NCBI RefSeq assembly: GCF_006345805.1 | Contig: NC_043004.1 | Location: 6,572,001 to 6,636,000 of the forward strand | Origin: Octopus sinensis | Lineage: Eukaryota | Reading direction: 5' to 3' | Length of the DNA: 64,000 bases | Shown here: positions 12,475 to 22,943 of the stretch, one piece after another | How the letters are laid out: every line of letters begins with the position of its first letter | How positions within the stretch are numbered: position 1 is the stretch's first letter | Program-made: the position numbers and the translations under genes | Notes under the pieces: model-generated | Told to the model about the DNA's origin: nothing | Database searches by the model: none | Seen by the model: the letters and a program-made list of their open reading frames with translations, nothing else

Positions 12475-12734
12475 AGTGATTCCCAAAGTGGGCAATATTG
12501 CTCCCCTGGGGGCAATGGAAAGTTCCAAGAGGGCATTGAGGAAAAGTGGGGTGATAATGGGGTCGCAATGTAAAAACAGCAAAATAATGTTAAGCTTTAT
12601 TTGTGAAATACAGTTGCTTTGAATTTGCTTCAGAAAGGGTCTATGTTTGTGATGGTTAGTTGGGGTGGGAGCACTAAGAATTGTGGCCTGGGTGTCAAGG
12701 GGGCAGCTGCATGAAAATGTTTGGGAACAACTGT
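12475..12734. mobile_element. hAT-like MITE; related element at about 32376-33146
   Basis: TIRs cagtgattcccaaa / tttgggaacaactg. Confidence 0.55.
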
Positions 12735-13105
12735 TTTAATGCACCAAGCACCTATATAAGAGGATCTCTCAAAGCTAATAATGCAGTATTCAGTGTTCTA
12801 ACAAAACATCCATGCTAAGTTGGATATAAAGATTACATTTTCATATATACATATAGATATATCTTTTATCTTTTAATTGTTTCAATCATTAGACTGCAGT
12901 CATGCTAGGACACCACCTTGAAGAATTTTAGTCAAATTGACTCCAGTACTTATTTTTATTAAAACATGGTACTTATTCTATCAGTTGTTTTTGTCAAACT
13001 GCTAAGTTATGGAGATGTAACCACACCAGCATTAGTTGTCAAGCAGTGGTGGGAGACAAACACAGACATAAAGACATACACACATAAATATATATATATG
13101 TATAT

Positions 13106-14190
13106 ACTAGCTGGTGTACCCGGTAATTCCTGGGGCAAAGATGTTCTATTACTCTGATATAAGAATGCCTTATTACTCTGATATAAGAAAGCAATTACGT
13201 TATAACTGCCACAAAAGGTTATTTTCCATCACTAGAAAGTACAAAAACTATCAGCTGAGAAAGGAGAGATTGTTGGGGGTTGGCAAGAGAGGTTTTCGGA
13301 GGATGGCAAGAAAGATTGTTGGAGGTCAGTGAGAGAAGTTGTCCAAGGTTGGTGAGAGGTAAATACATTTTCTACTTAGTAAAGGTATCTAAGAAATGTA
13401 TAACTGCTATCATTCACAGAAAAACTATTGTTTTAACATGAGAAATGCGCTGTTGAAGTGTTAAGTGAAATTTAGCAATCAAGGCTTGAATCCATGCCAT
13501 GCCTGAATGAAGCCACTACAAATCGTTGTGGAATAAAAGTTTATCTACTGTCATGGAAAAAGTATAACTGTAAAAATGCAGAATTATTGGAGTAATGAGC
13601 ATTCAAAAAAGTATGTATATATAGAAATGTATGAATGAAGTCTTTAATGTTTAAGATTCAAATTAAGGAAGTGCAATAATAATGTTTAGCCGTTCAAAAC
13701 TGTGTAGTGAAATGCAGAATTAGGTTGGCTGATTGTGAGAATCAAATATTGATCACTTCGCTAAAATCTGCAGGTGGTATGGGTTATTTCCCTTGAGTTG
13801 TTTAAATAAAATATTAGTAATATGTAGTAGATAGAAGGGTCCATTGGAAGGGCCTTGTTATTGATTTTTTTTCAACAATCTAAGTATGTCACGAGGTTTC
13901 CAGACATGAGTGCTACTCATGTGTCAAATAAAGCATAAAAGTGATATTGTCTGCAAAAAGTAGACATAGAACAACACAAAGAATCAATATTGAAAGTAAT
14001 CGAACATGAACAATGAAATGGGTTATTTCCCTTGAGTGTTTAAGAAAAACATTGCACAAGTGCTATGGGTTATTTCCCTTGGGTGTTTAAAAAATTGTTT
14101 ATATGAGGTAGATTTAACGGTCCCTTCCAGGGGCTGTATTATCGATTTTTTTAATTAATTTATTTTACCCTTATTATTATTGACTATATA
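13106..14190. mobile_element. Helitron/Helentron-like non-autonomous element
   Basis: actagctggtgtacccggtaattcctgggg terminus with a small hairpin, internal repeats (atgggttatttcccttg three times), and an end in (TA)n. Family assignment by recognition only. Confidence 0.45.
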
Positions 14191-14494
14191 TATATATAAA
14201 TGATATAGATATACATACATACATACATACATACATGAGAAAAGCCATTGCCGAGAAAGACTTACTGAAATGATTCACGATTGTTGCCATGTGATGCCCT
14301 TATTTGACTTTTAAGCCTGGCTAAGCTTTTACACATTTTATTACATACTAGACAACTGTACTGGCTGGCAGTAGATTCAAGTGCCACCATATGCACTCTC
14401 TTAACATGTTTTTTTTAAACCTCCAACTGAAGGCACACCCTTCCACATTTTACACATGTACTGTTGTGAATTTTAATAGCCACATCACTGTTTA

Positions 14495-16050
14495 TCATGG
14501 GTCAATTTCTGTGAGATTTTTCGTGGCTAAGCCTGCACAACTCAAACACCTCCTCCCACAAACCACACACATGAAAAGCAACACTCTCTCACTTTCCATA
14601 GGTTCCCCCCTTCTAAGCCCCCTCCTAATTATCTCATACTTCACTCTCTCCCTCTCAAACCTTGAACAACTATCATGCACTATCTTCCTCCATCCATCGC
14701 AGTCTTGTGCCTCCCTCTCCAAATTACCAGCTGCAATTTCTGTCTGTATTAGAGCATTTTTAAGGCAATCCTTAAACCTTAGTTTAGGCTCATGCGCTGG
14801 TCTCCTGCCATCTTCCAGCTCATCATAAAATAGCTGCTTGGGCAGTCATTCATCACTCATCTTTACCAGATGTCCCCCCACCCCAAACGTCTTTGCAAAA
14901 TCATTGACTCTATACTTCTACTGCCACTCCTCTCAAGCACCTCCACATTACTGATGGTCATTTTCCAGTTTATCCCCCAAATTTTCTCAGACAGTATTGA
15001 TGAAATCGTTCCAATTGCCTTACCTGCCTACTCTAAACAACCCATGCCTCACTTCCATATGGTAAAGATGGGAGGATGCATGTGTTATATACCTTAACTT
15101 TAATTTGTGAAGATATATTATGTTGTTTCTACAGACGTCTATCAAGCCAACCAAAAGCATTACTAGCCCTGCTGATTCTGTATGAATTTTCATCCTCAAG
15201 ACCAGCATGCTCAAGGTACTTCCTAAATAAATAAATCTAGGTGCAGTCTCCAACCTTTGACTACTCACAGTTATAAAAGGTTCCACATACATCTTGGAGG
15301 GAGCGGGCTGGTACATTATAACAGTTTTTTCTAGATTGATTGTTAGACCCAATGCTGCACATACTGCAGAAATCGCATTCACCGTGTGCTGCATATCTTT
15401 CTGGGAATGTGCCAACAGGTCACAATCATCTGCATACAGAAACTCAACAAGGTGAGAATGCAGAACTTTCATTTTGGCAGAGACTTTTGATATTGAACAG
15501 TTTTCCTGTTGCCCTATATCTTTAAAAGCTATTTGAAAGACTATTGCAAAATATATAGCAACCAGTGTAGGAGCAGGAATATCACCTTGCTTTATACCAT
15601 TTTCTACAGAAATTGGATCTGATAAGGTACCTCTAACATTAACTCTCACTTCCATCTTGTCATGAAATTGTCTAAGCATTCTCACAAATTTTTCAGGGCA
15701 TCCCAGCTTTTTTAGGATCTCCCAAAGTACAATTCTATTGATAGAATCAAGCGCTTTTGTTAGGTCAATAAAAACTTGGTATAAATCCATATCCTATTCG
15801 ATGCACTTCTCTTGCAACTGTTTAGCTGAAAGTATTATAACCATAGTACTCCTGCTATCCCTAAATCCACATTGCGATTCTGGTAGAACCTCATCAGCAA
15901 TGTGCAGAAGCAATCTATCCAGCATTACCCTACAGAAGACCTTTCCAGCAACAGCTAACATACAGATGCTGTGATAGTTATCACAGACATCCGTTCCATC
16001 TTTAGATTTATATAGTATCTCCACACTTGCAGGTATTGCTGGAGGGGAAA
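14495..16050 (-). mobile_element. RTE-clade LINE remnant (RT domain plus C-terminal Cys motif), 5'-truncated, with stops and frameshifts
   Basis: LPESQCGFR, FIDLTKALDSINR, GIKQGDIPAPTL, FLYADD and FIYLGS RT motifs; C-terminal WRKIVHDSCSRFERERV...CVVCGRRCLSCAGL typical of RTE/BovB. Confidence 0.9.
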
Positions 16051-16254
16051 AAGAAATGGACATCTTGTATGTATAAGGCTGGCCGAAGCTTAAAAAGGTA
16101 CACCGAAACAATGAAAGTTCATATCGATAATGAAGCAAATGGCAAAAAGGGCTCTGAAACATTTTGTTCTGTGGTCTGGCCCAGCAGGTGTCCCAGGGCA
16201 CCACAGCCTGGATCCAGTCGTCATCCTGCATATATATATATATATATATATATT

Positions 16255-16595
16255 GCAGCTGTGATACCAGTGCCGGTGGCACGTAAGAGAACCATCTGAA
16301 CGTGGACGTTGCCAGCGCCGCCCTGACTGGCCTCGTGCCAGTGGCACGTAAAAAGCACCATCCGTTCGTGGCCATTGCCAGCCTCGTCTGGCACCTGTGC
16401 CGGTGGCACGTAAAAAGCATCCACTACACTCACAGAGTGGTTGGCGTTAGGAAGGGCATCCAGTCGTAGAAACATTGCCAGATCAGACTGGGCATGGTGC
16501 AGCCTTCTGGCTTCCTAGACCCCAGTTGAACCATCCAACCCATGCTAGCATGGAAAGCGGACACTAAATGATGATGATGATGATGATGATGATGA
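16255..16595 (-). mobile_element. Non-autonomous retro-repeat with internal 40-50 bp tandem units (ggcacgtaaaaagca); related copies at about 18360-18745, 20190-20395 and 23860-24320
   Basis: Repeated tgccagtgccggtggcacgtaaaaagcacc units, shared ggaagggcatccag...catgctagcatggaaagcggac segment and (GAT)n tail. Confidence 0.75.
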
Positions 16596-17103
16596 TATAT
16601 ATATACTGACAAGATTAAAAATAAAGATTACCCCGAAGTAGCAACAGCATTACCTTTAATTCTATAATTATATACTGCCTTTTAAGACCAACACATGTTT
16701 CAATAAGAACTTTGTGTTAACTTTTAAATAATATACTTTGAATACCTAACTGAGAGCAAACTTGTAATCACCTTGGAGTAATCCCTTACTTTTTACTAAT
16801 ATATATATATATATATATAATTTCAACAATTGAGGGTAAAATTAATTAATTAATCAATTTCACCAAGTGTTCAGTATGCAAAGGGACCATTTAAGGCGAA
16901 TTCAAATATTACATTATATAAAAGGGCTTAGTAAAATAAATTACTTTGCCGCATACTGAACTCATTAGAAATAGCAGCTAAAAAAACATTTATAAAACTA
17001 TTTCTAATACTTAAAGAAAACCTCTCTCATATAGTGTTTGCTCAATTCAACTCACGGAAGTATGGGGGGTAGAGACATTAAAAAATCAGATGCAAAGGTT
17101 ATT

Positions 17104-17156
17104 TGAGAACGTACGTTTCAAGATTAGTCAAACTCGACACTTCTATCATCAGCTCA
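17104..17156 (-). ncRNA. Type I hammerhead ribozyme candidate, copy 1
   Basis: - strand reads UGAG CUGAUGA [UAGAAGUGUCGAGUUUGACUAAUCUU] GAAA C GUAC G UU^CUCA. Stem I is UGAG/CUCA, the core is intact, stem III has a palindromic loop, and the NUH triplet is GUU. Confidence 0.72.
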
Positions 17157-17662
17157 GAACTCCCTGGTTTGGATTTGAAAACACTGAAAGTGGGAGCATA
17201 CTCCTTCGGCCTCCTATCGCTTCTGAAGATCCGCTCGTAACTAACAGTGCCAACAAACTCAAATATGCAAGCGAAGAATTTCTGCTCTCCCCTTTCCACC
17301 AGCGTGGGTTAAAATCAGCAAACACTATGCTTTTTTCGGTAAAATCCGAGGCATTTAAATAGAGAGAGATGAATTATAATTTCAACAATTGAGGGTAAAA
17401 TTAATTAATTAATCAATTTCACCAAGTGTTCAGTATGCAAAGGGACCATTTAAGGCGAATTCAAATTATTACATTATATAAAAGGGCTTAGTAAAATAAA
17501 TTACTTTGCCGCATACTGAACTCATTAGAAATAGCAGCTAAAAAACATTTATAAAACTATTTCTAATACTTAAAGAAAACCTCTCTCATATAGTGTTTGC
17601 TCAATTCAACTCACGGAAGTATGGGGGGTAGAGACATTAAAAAATCAGATGCAAAGGTTATT

Positions 17663-17715
17663 TGAGAACGTACGTTTCAAGATTAGTCAAACTTGACACT
17701 TCTATCATCAGCTCA
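17663..17715 (-). ncRNA. Type I hammerhead ribozyme candidate, copy 2
   Basis: Identical to copy 1 except one G>A in the distal stem II hairpin (GUCA-AGUU-UGAC); lies exactly 559 nt away. Confidence 0.72.
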
Positions 17716-18749
17716 GAACTCCCTGGTTTGGATTTGAAAACACTGAAAGTGGGAGCATACTCCTTCGGCCTCCTATCGCTTCTGAAGATATATATATATA
17801 TATATACATACAGACATAATACATACATACATACATACATACATACATACATACATACATACATACATACTTCTTTAATGTAATTGATGGACATAAGGGA
17901 AAACCCACCTTATATTTAAGTTTTTCTTCTGGAAATCCTCACTGGCTTTAAAGATTGACCTCAAGTTTACAAATCTATATCTCAGACAGAATACAAAATA
18001 GCAGATACATCAAAACACAGACCAGCTGTTACATAATAGCAAAGACAGAAACGTCAACTCTACATAACAGTTACTATGATAGATATATTGCTGCATGTGA
18101 GAAATTTTGAGAAAACTTGTTAGAATGCAGCAAACAAATTTCTATGAGCCAAACATTTTTTCATTTTTGATATCTAAATCTTTTAATGTTAATGTTAAGA
18201 GCAAAGCTAATATTTACAGCATTTATACTGAAATTTCAGAAATTGCTTGATTATTACTGTTCTGAAAAGATCTCAATTGCCTGTACTCAAAGTGCATGTT
18301 TGTGCATATAGTTACACACACACACACACCCATATATATAATCATCATCACCATCATCATTATCGTCATCGTTTAATGTCCGCTTTCCATGCTGGCATGG
18401 GTTGGACGGTTTGACTGAGAACTAGCTGCACCATGCTCCAATCTGATCTGGCAAGGTCTCTACAGCTGGGTGCATTTCCTAATGCCAACCACTCCAGGAG
18501 TGTAGGGGGTGCTTTTTATGTACCACCATCATGGGAGCCAGTCAGGCAGCAATGACATCAGCCACGTTCAAATGGTGCATTTTATGTTCAACCGGCACAG
18601 GTGCCAGTTAGGCGGCACTGGCATTGGCCATGCTTGAATGGTGTTTTTTGCATGCCACCGGCACGGGTGCCAGTCAGGTAGTACTAGTATTGGCCATGAC
18701 TATGATTCCACTTGGTTCAACAGGTCTTCACAAGCATGGCACATCGGTC

Positions 18750-19241
18750 AATGATTGAAGGATGCTGCCCTTGCTCAAGAGGGTGGCTGCTGGAAGACCC
18801 TGTGTCTGGCAACAGGACGCTGCCCCATGCCACACAAGCAGGAGAACCCAGTCATGGCTGTCAGACAATTTCTGCAACCACATCACTCCTGACTTCTGGC
18901 CACCTAACTCCCCAAACTGCAACCCACTTGATTATTATGTGTGGGGTGCTGTTGAGCAAGAGACCAACAAAACTCCTTGTAACACCAAAGATGAACTGCA
19001 GGCAAGGATTATGGCAGCATTCACCAACTTAAACAAGGAAACCATCCAGAAGAATTGCAGGAGATTCCAAGCTGCCTGAGGCCATGGTTGAAGCCAATGG
19101 CGATTTTTTTGAATAAATTTACTTGTTAGTATTTCAAGATATTTTTATGCAATTTTGGTAAATATATCTGTTAAAATGAGATGTCAGTGGTATTTTTATT
19201 TTTGCGTAATTTAGACGACAATTTATTCACCGCACTATGTA
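18750..19241 (+). mobile_element. Second copy of the same DD37D transposon, 5'-truncated
   Basis: ORF 18762-19079 WQQDAAPCH...NSPNCNPLDYYVW has 37 residues between the two Asp; same 3' terminus as the 11.6 kb copy. Confidence 0.88.
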
Positions 19242-21144
19242 TACACACACACACACACACACACACATGCGTGCACGTACACACATGCATACAGTGTCCT
19301 TACTGACTGCAGCAGACAGCTTTTGCTAAGCTGAACTAAATTAAATTAATATCATTGTCGACTGTAAAGTGTTTATGTGTTTTATTTTAGTTTATTTTAT
19401 CCTCTTTATTATTTTTTTGTTTTTGCTTTGACATGGGAGACATTTTAGATTTATGTGAAGAATATGCCCTCCTTCACCTAAATTTAAATCTAACAATAGA
19501 TGGGGCCAATAATTGAAAACGATGAGAGGAAACTAGAAGTTAAGAAGAGTTGAGGCAAGTGATAGTCTTGCCTTGGTCATCTTAGTTTTAACAATTGTGA
19601 CCTAGAAACTTAACTGCCAGAGATATGAACTTCATTTTGCCTTCTTTTTCAAGTATGCTACTTGTATTATATTTTATTCTTGGCTCTTGTGGAATTAAAT
19701 ACAAAAACAAACATAGAACCATGTATGCCATCAAACATATCTTCTCCTATTTATTTCCTTTTACTTGTTTCAGCCATTAGACTACAACCATGTTGGGGTA
19801 CCTCCTTGAATGGTGTAAGGTGAAAATAATCAAACCAAGTACTTATTTTTTAGGGTCTGGTACTTGTTCTCACTCTTTTTGGTGAGGCGCTAAGTTAGAG
19901 GGATGTAAACAAAACAACACCAGTTGCGAAGTGGTTGTGGAGGAACAAACACAAGCACAAAGGCATTCCCTTACTCCCCATACTCACAAACGACAGGCTT
20001 CCTCACAATTTCCATTTATCAAATTCACTCACAAGACATTGACCAGCCTGGGAATATAGTGTAGAAATTTTCCTCAGATATGCTGCACAGTGGGACTGAA
20101 CCCAAAACCACATGGTTGCAAAGTGAGCCTCTTAACCACACAGCCATACCTGCACTTGTTAGCACATTTCAAAATACAAGGATCACCTTACTGGCATGTG
20201 AATAAAACATTCGAATGAGGTAATTGCCAGTGCTGCTGGATTGGCTCCTGTGCAGGTGACATGTATAAAACACCATCTGAGCGTAGCCGTTGCCAGTACC
20301 ACCTGACTGGTCCTTGTGCCGGTGGCGCGTAAAAGCACCCACTACACTCTCGGAGTGGTTGGCATTAGGAAGGGCATCCAGCTGTAGAAACTGGTCTGTT
20401 TATGTCCCCATAACCTAGCCCTGTGGAAAAAGTAACTGATAGAAGTACCAAGTCTGAAAAAAAAAAGTCCTGGAACTGATTCGTTAGACTAAAATTCTTG
20501 AAGGTGGTGCTCTAGCTTGGCCACAGCCAAATGACTGAAACAAGTAAAAAGACAAACGAAACAACAATAAACAACAAACAAATAAACAATAAATAAACAA
20601 CAATAAAAGACAAACGAAATAACAATAAATCTTTGCTGAAAGAGAGAAAGCAGTCAGAATTTTAGTCAGTATTTCATACCATACTGGAGCAGTATCTCTT
20701 TCATTCACAAGGGCACTTCATCACTTAAAATCAAATTTGTGCCTTGACACATGAAAAAAAAAAACAGAAAGAAAAGCAAAAAAAAAAAAAAGCTGTCAGC
20801 ATTGACAAAAATTCATTTGCTCTCCATCAACTTCTGCTGTCAACTGAAGATGACATCTATTGTATGGAGTTATATAGAGTTAGATAATCAGATTAGAAGT
20901 CATACAGTTGGTTATGCAATGTCTTGTATTCCTCATCTCCAGTCCTACTATAGCTGGTATAGCTTTCCAGCTACCAAACGTCCAATAAAATATTCATCAG
21001 TAATATATTGTGTTTTAGCCAACTGATTACACAAAACTGTTGGATAAAGGAAATGTTTATATTATACAAATACGGTAAATTTTACATGTAAAGTAAACCC
21101 TGAATATGATGCAATATAATGAAAATAAAAATAATTTTCTTTAT

Positions 21145-21512
21145 AGCGTAGGAGTGGCTGTGTGGTAAGTAGCTTGCTTACGAACCACGTGGTTCCGGGT
21201 TCAGTCCCACTGCGTGGGACCTTAGGCAAGTGTCTACAACTATAACCTCAGGCCAACAAAAGCCTTGTGAGTGGATTTTTTAGATGGAAACTGAAAGAAG
21301 CCCGTTGTATATATGTATATGTATATATATATGTGTGTGTGTGTTTGTCCTCTCAACATCACTTGACAACCAATGCTGGTGTGTTTATGTCCCCATAACT
21401 TAGTGGTTCAGCAAAAGAGACTGATAGAATAAGTACTAGGCTTACAAAGAATAAGTCCTGGGGTCGATTTGCTCGACTAAAGGCGGTGCTCAAATAACTG
21501 AAACAAGTAAAA
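21145..21512 (+). mobile_element. tRNA-type SINE (gcgtaggagtggctgtgtggtaag family), near full length
   Basis: Box A/B-like head (tggtaagtag..., ggttcagtcc), ccttgggcaagtgtctt core, microsatellite and conserved tail. Confidence 0.88.
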
Positions 21513-21944
21513 GAGTGTGTGTTATCTATATATATATCTAAAACTGAGAATATGTGTCTGTCTGTCTGTCTATCAGTCTGTCTATCTGTCTGCCTGTCTG
21601 TGCGAATCCCTAAAATTTGAGAACTACACAACCAATTTCATTCAAATTTTACACATGCCTTATGTAGGATCCATGTAGTGTCATGGGCATAAAAAAAGTT
21701 TTAACTTCTTGCCTAGGGGCGAGCCCACAGCAATATCATATCTTCTCCACTATTTCAGTATTACGTGTTAAAAGTGAAACAAAAACATCTCTCTATTATA
21801 TTCTGAGTTCAAATTCTGCTGAGGTCAACTTTGTCTTTCATCCTTTTGGGAACGATGAAGTACCAGTTGAGTACTGGAGTCATTGTAATCGACTTACGCC
21901 CTCTCCCGAAATTGCCCTATGCCTATATTAGTAAGGATTATTAT

Positions 21945-21964
21945 TGTTATTGTTGTTGTTGTTG

Positions 21965-22015
<51 letters not shown>

Positions 22016-22026
22016 TATTATTATTA

Positions 22027-22060
<34 letters not shown>

Positions 22061-22061
22061 T
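21945..22061. repeat. (TTG)n/(TTA)n trinucleotide microsatellite
   Basis: Read directly. Confidence 0.95.
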
Positions 22062-22470
22062 AGACAGTGAGCTGGCAGAATTGCTAGCATGCTGGACAAA
22101 ATGCTTAGAGGAATTTCTTCTGGCTCAATAGTCTTGAGTTCAAATTCTGCTGAGGTCACCTTTGTGTTTTCATCTTTTGAGGGTTGATGAAATAAGTACT
22201 AGTCAAGTACTGAGGTCAATGTAATTGACCAGCATATACATCTCCCCCAAAATTGCAGGCCGTGTGCCTATCATAGAAAGGAGTTATAGCTTTATCTACT
22301 TTCAATTCTAAGGGTAAAAAAAAAAAAATACAGAAAAAATTACTTCATATCTCTCAAAGTTTGCAAATTCCTGATACATAAACAATATACAGAAACACTT
22401 TTTTGTACTTCATTCCAGAAGTTTCCTCTTGGCTTCAAGCTGCAGCCATTGTGTAAGTAATTTATGAGGA

Positions 22471-22943
22471 GGCACAGGAGTGGCTGTGTGGTTAGAAAGC
22501 TTCGAAATCATGTGATTTTGGGTTCAGTCCTATTGCACAGCACCTTGGAGAAGTGTCTTCTACTTTAGCCTCTGGGCTACCAAAACCTCACAAGTGGATT
22601 TGATTGACAGAAACTAGAAGTCCACCATATATATATATATATATATATATGGTGCTAAGTTACAGGGACATAAACACACAAACATCAGCTGTCAAGCGAT
22701 GGTGGGCAGGAACAAACACAGACACACAAATACACACACACACACACACACATACACACACACACACACACATGTATATACGATGGGCTTCTTTCGGTTT
22801 CCGTCTACCAAATCTATTCACAAGGCTTTGGTCAGCCCAAGGCTATAGTAGAAGACACTTGCCCAAGATTCCACACAGTGGGACTGAACCCAGAACCATG
22901 TGGTTGGTAAGCAAGCTATTTACCACACAGCCACTCCTGCACC
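22471..22943. mobile_element. Two SINEs of the same family in inverted, tail-to-tail arrangement
   Basis: + copy at about 22471-22630 and - copy at about 22655-22943, separated by (TA)n. Confidence 0.8.

Larger units (their letters stand above)
16818..17789 (-). mobile_element. 559-bp head-to-tail tandem repeat (1.74 units) containing hammerheads: candidate non-LTR retrozyme or Penelope-like pseudo-LTR
   Basis: tttcaacaattgaggg starts at 16821 and again at 17380. I see three differences over about 415 bp. Both ends abut (TA)n tracts and there is no RT ORF. Confidence 0.7.

Noticed and set aside
15794-16420. 208-aa ORF
   Set aside because: A chance fusion of a tandem-repeat retro-element, (TA)n and the start of the RTE remnant; not one gene.
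16255-16430. Regularly spaced ggcacgtaaaaagca repeats resembling a CRISPR array
   Set aside because: Eukaryotic context, the 'spacers' are themselves similar, and the block recurs inside an interspersed repeat family.
21145-21230. tRNA-like heads of SINEs as tRNA genes
   Set aside because: No complete cloverleaf; they continue into SINE core and tail.
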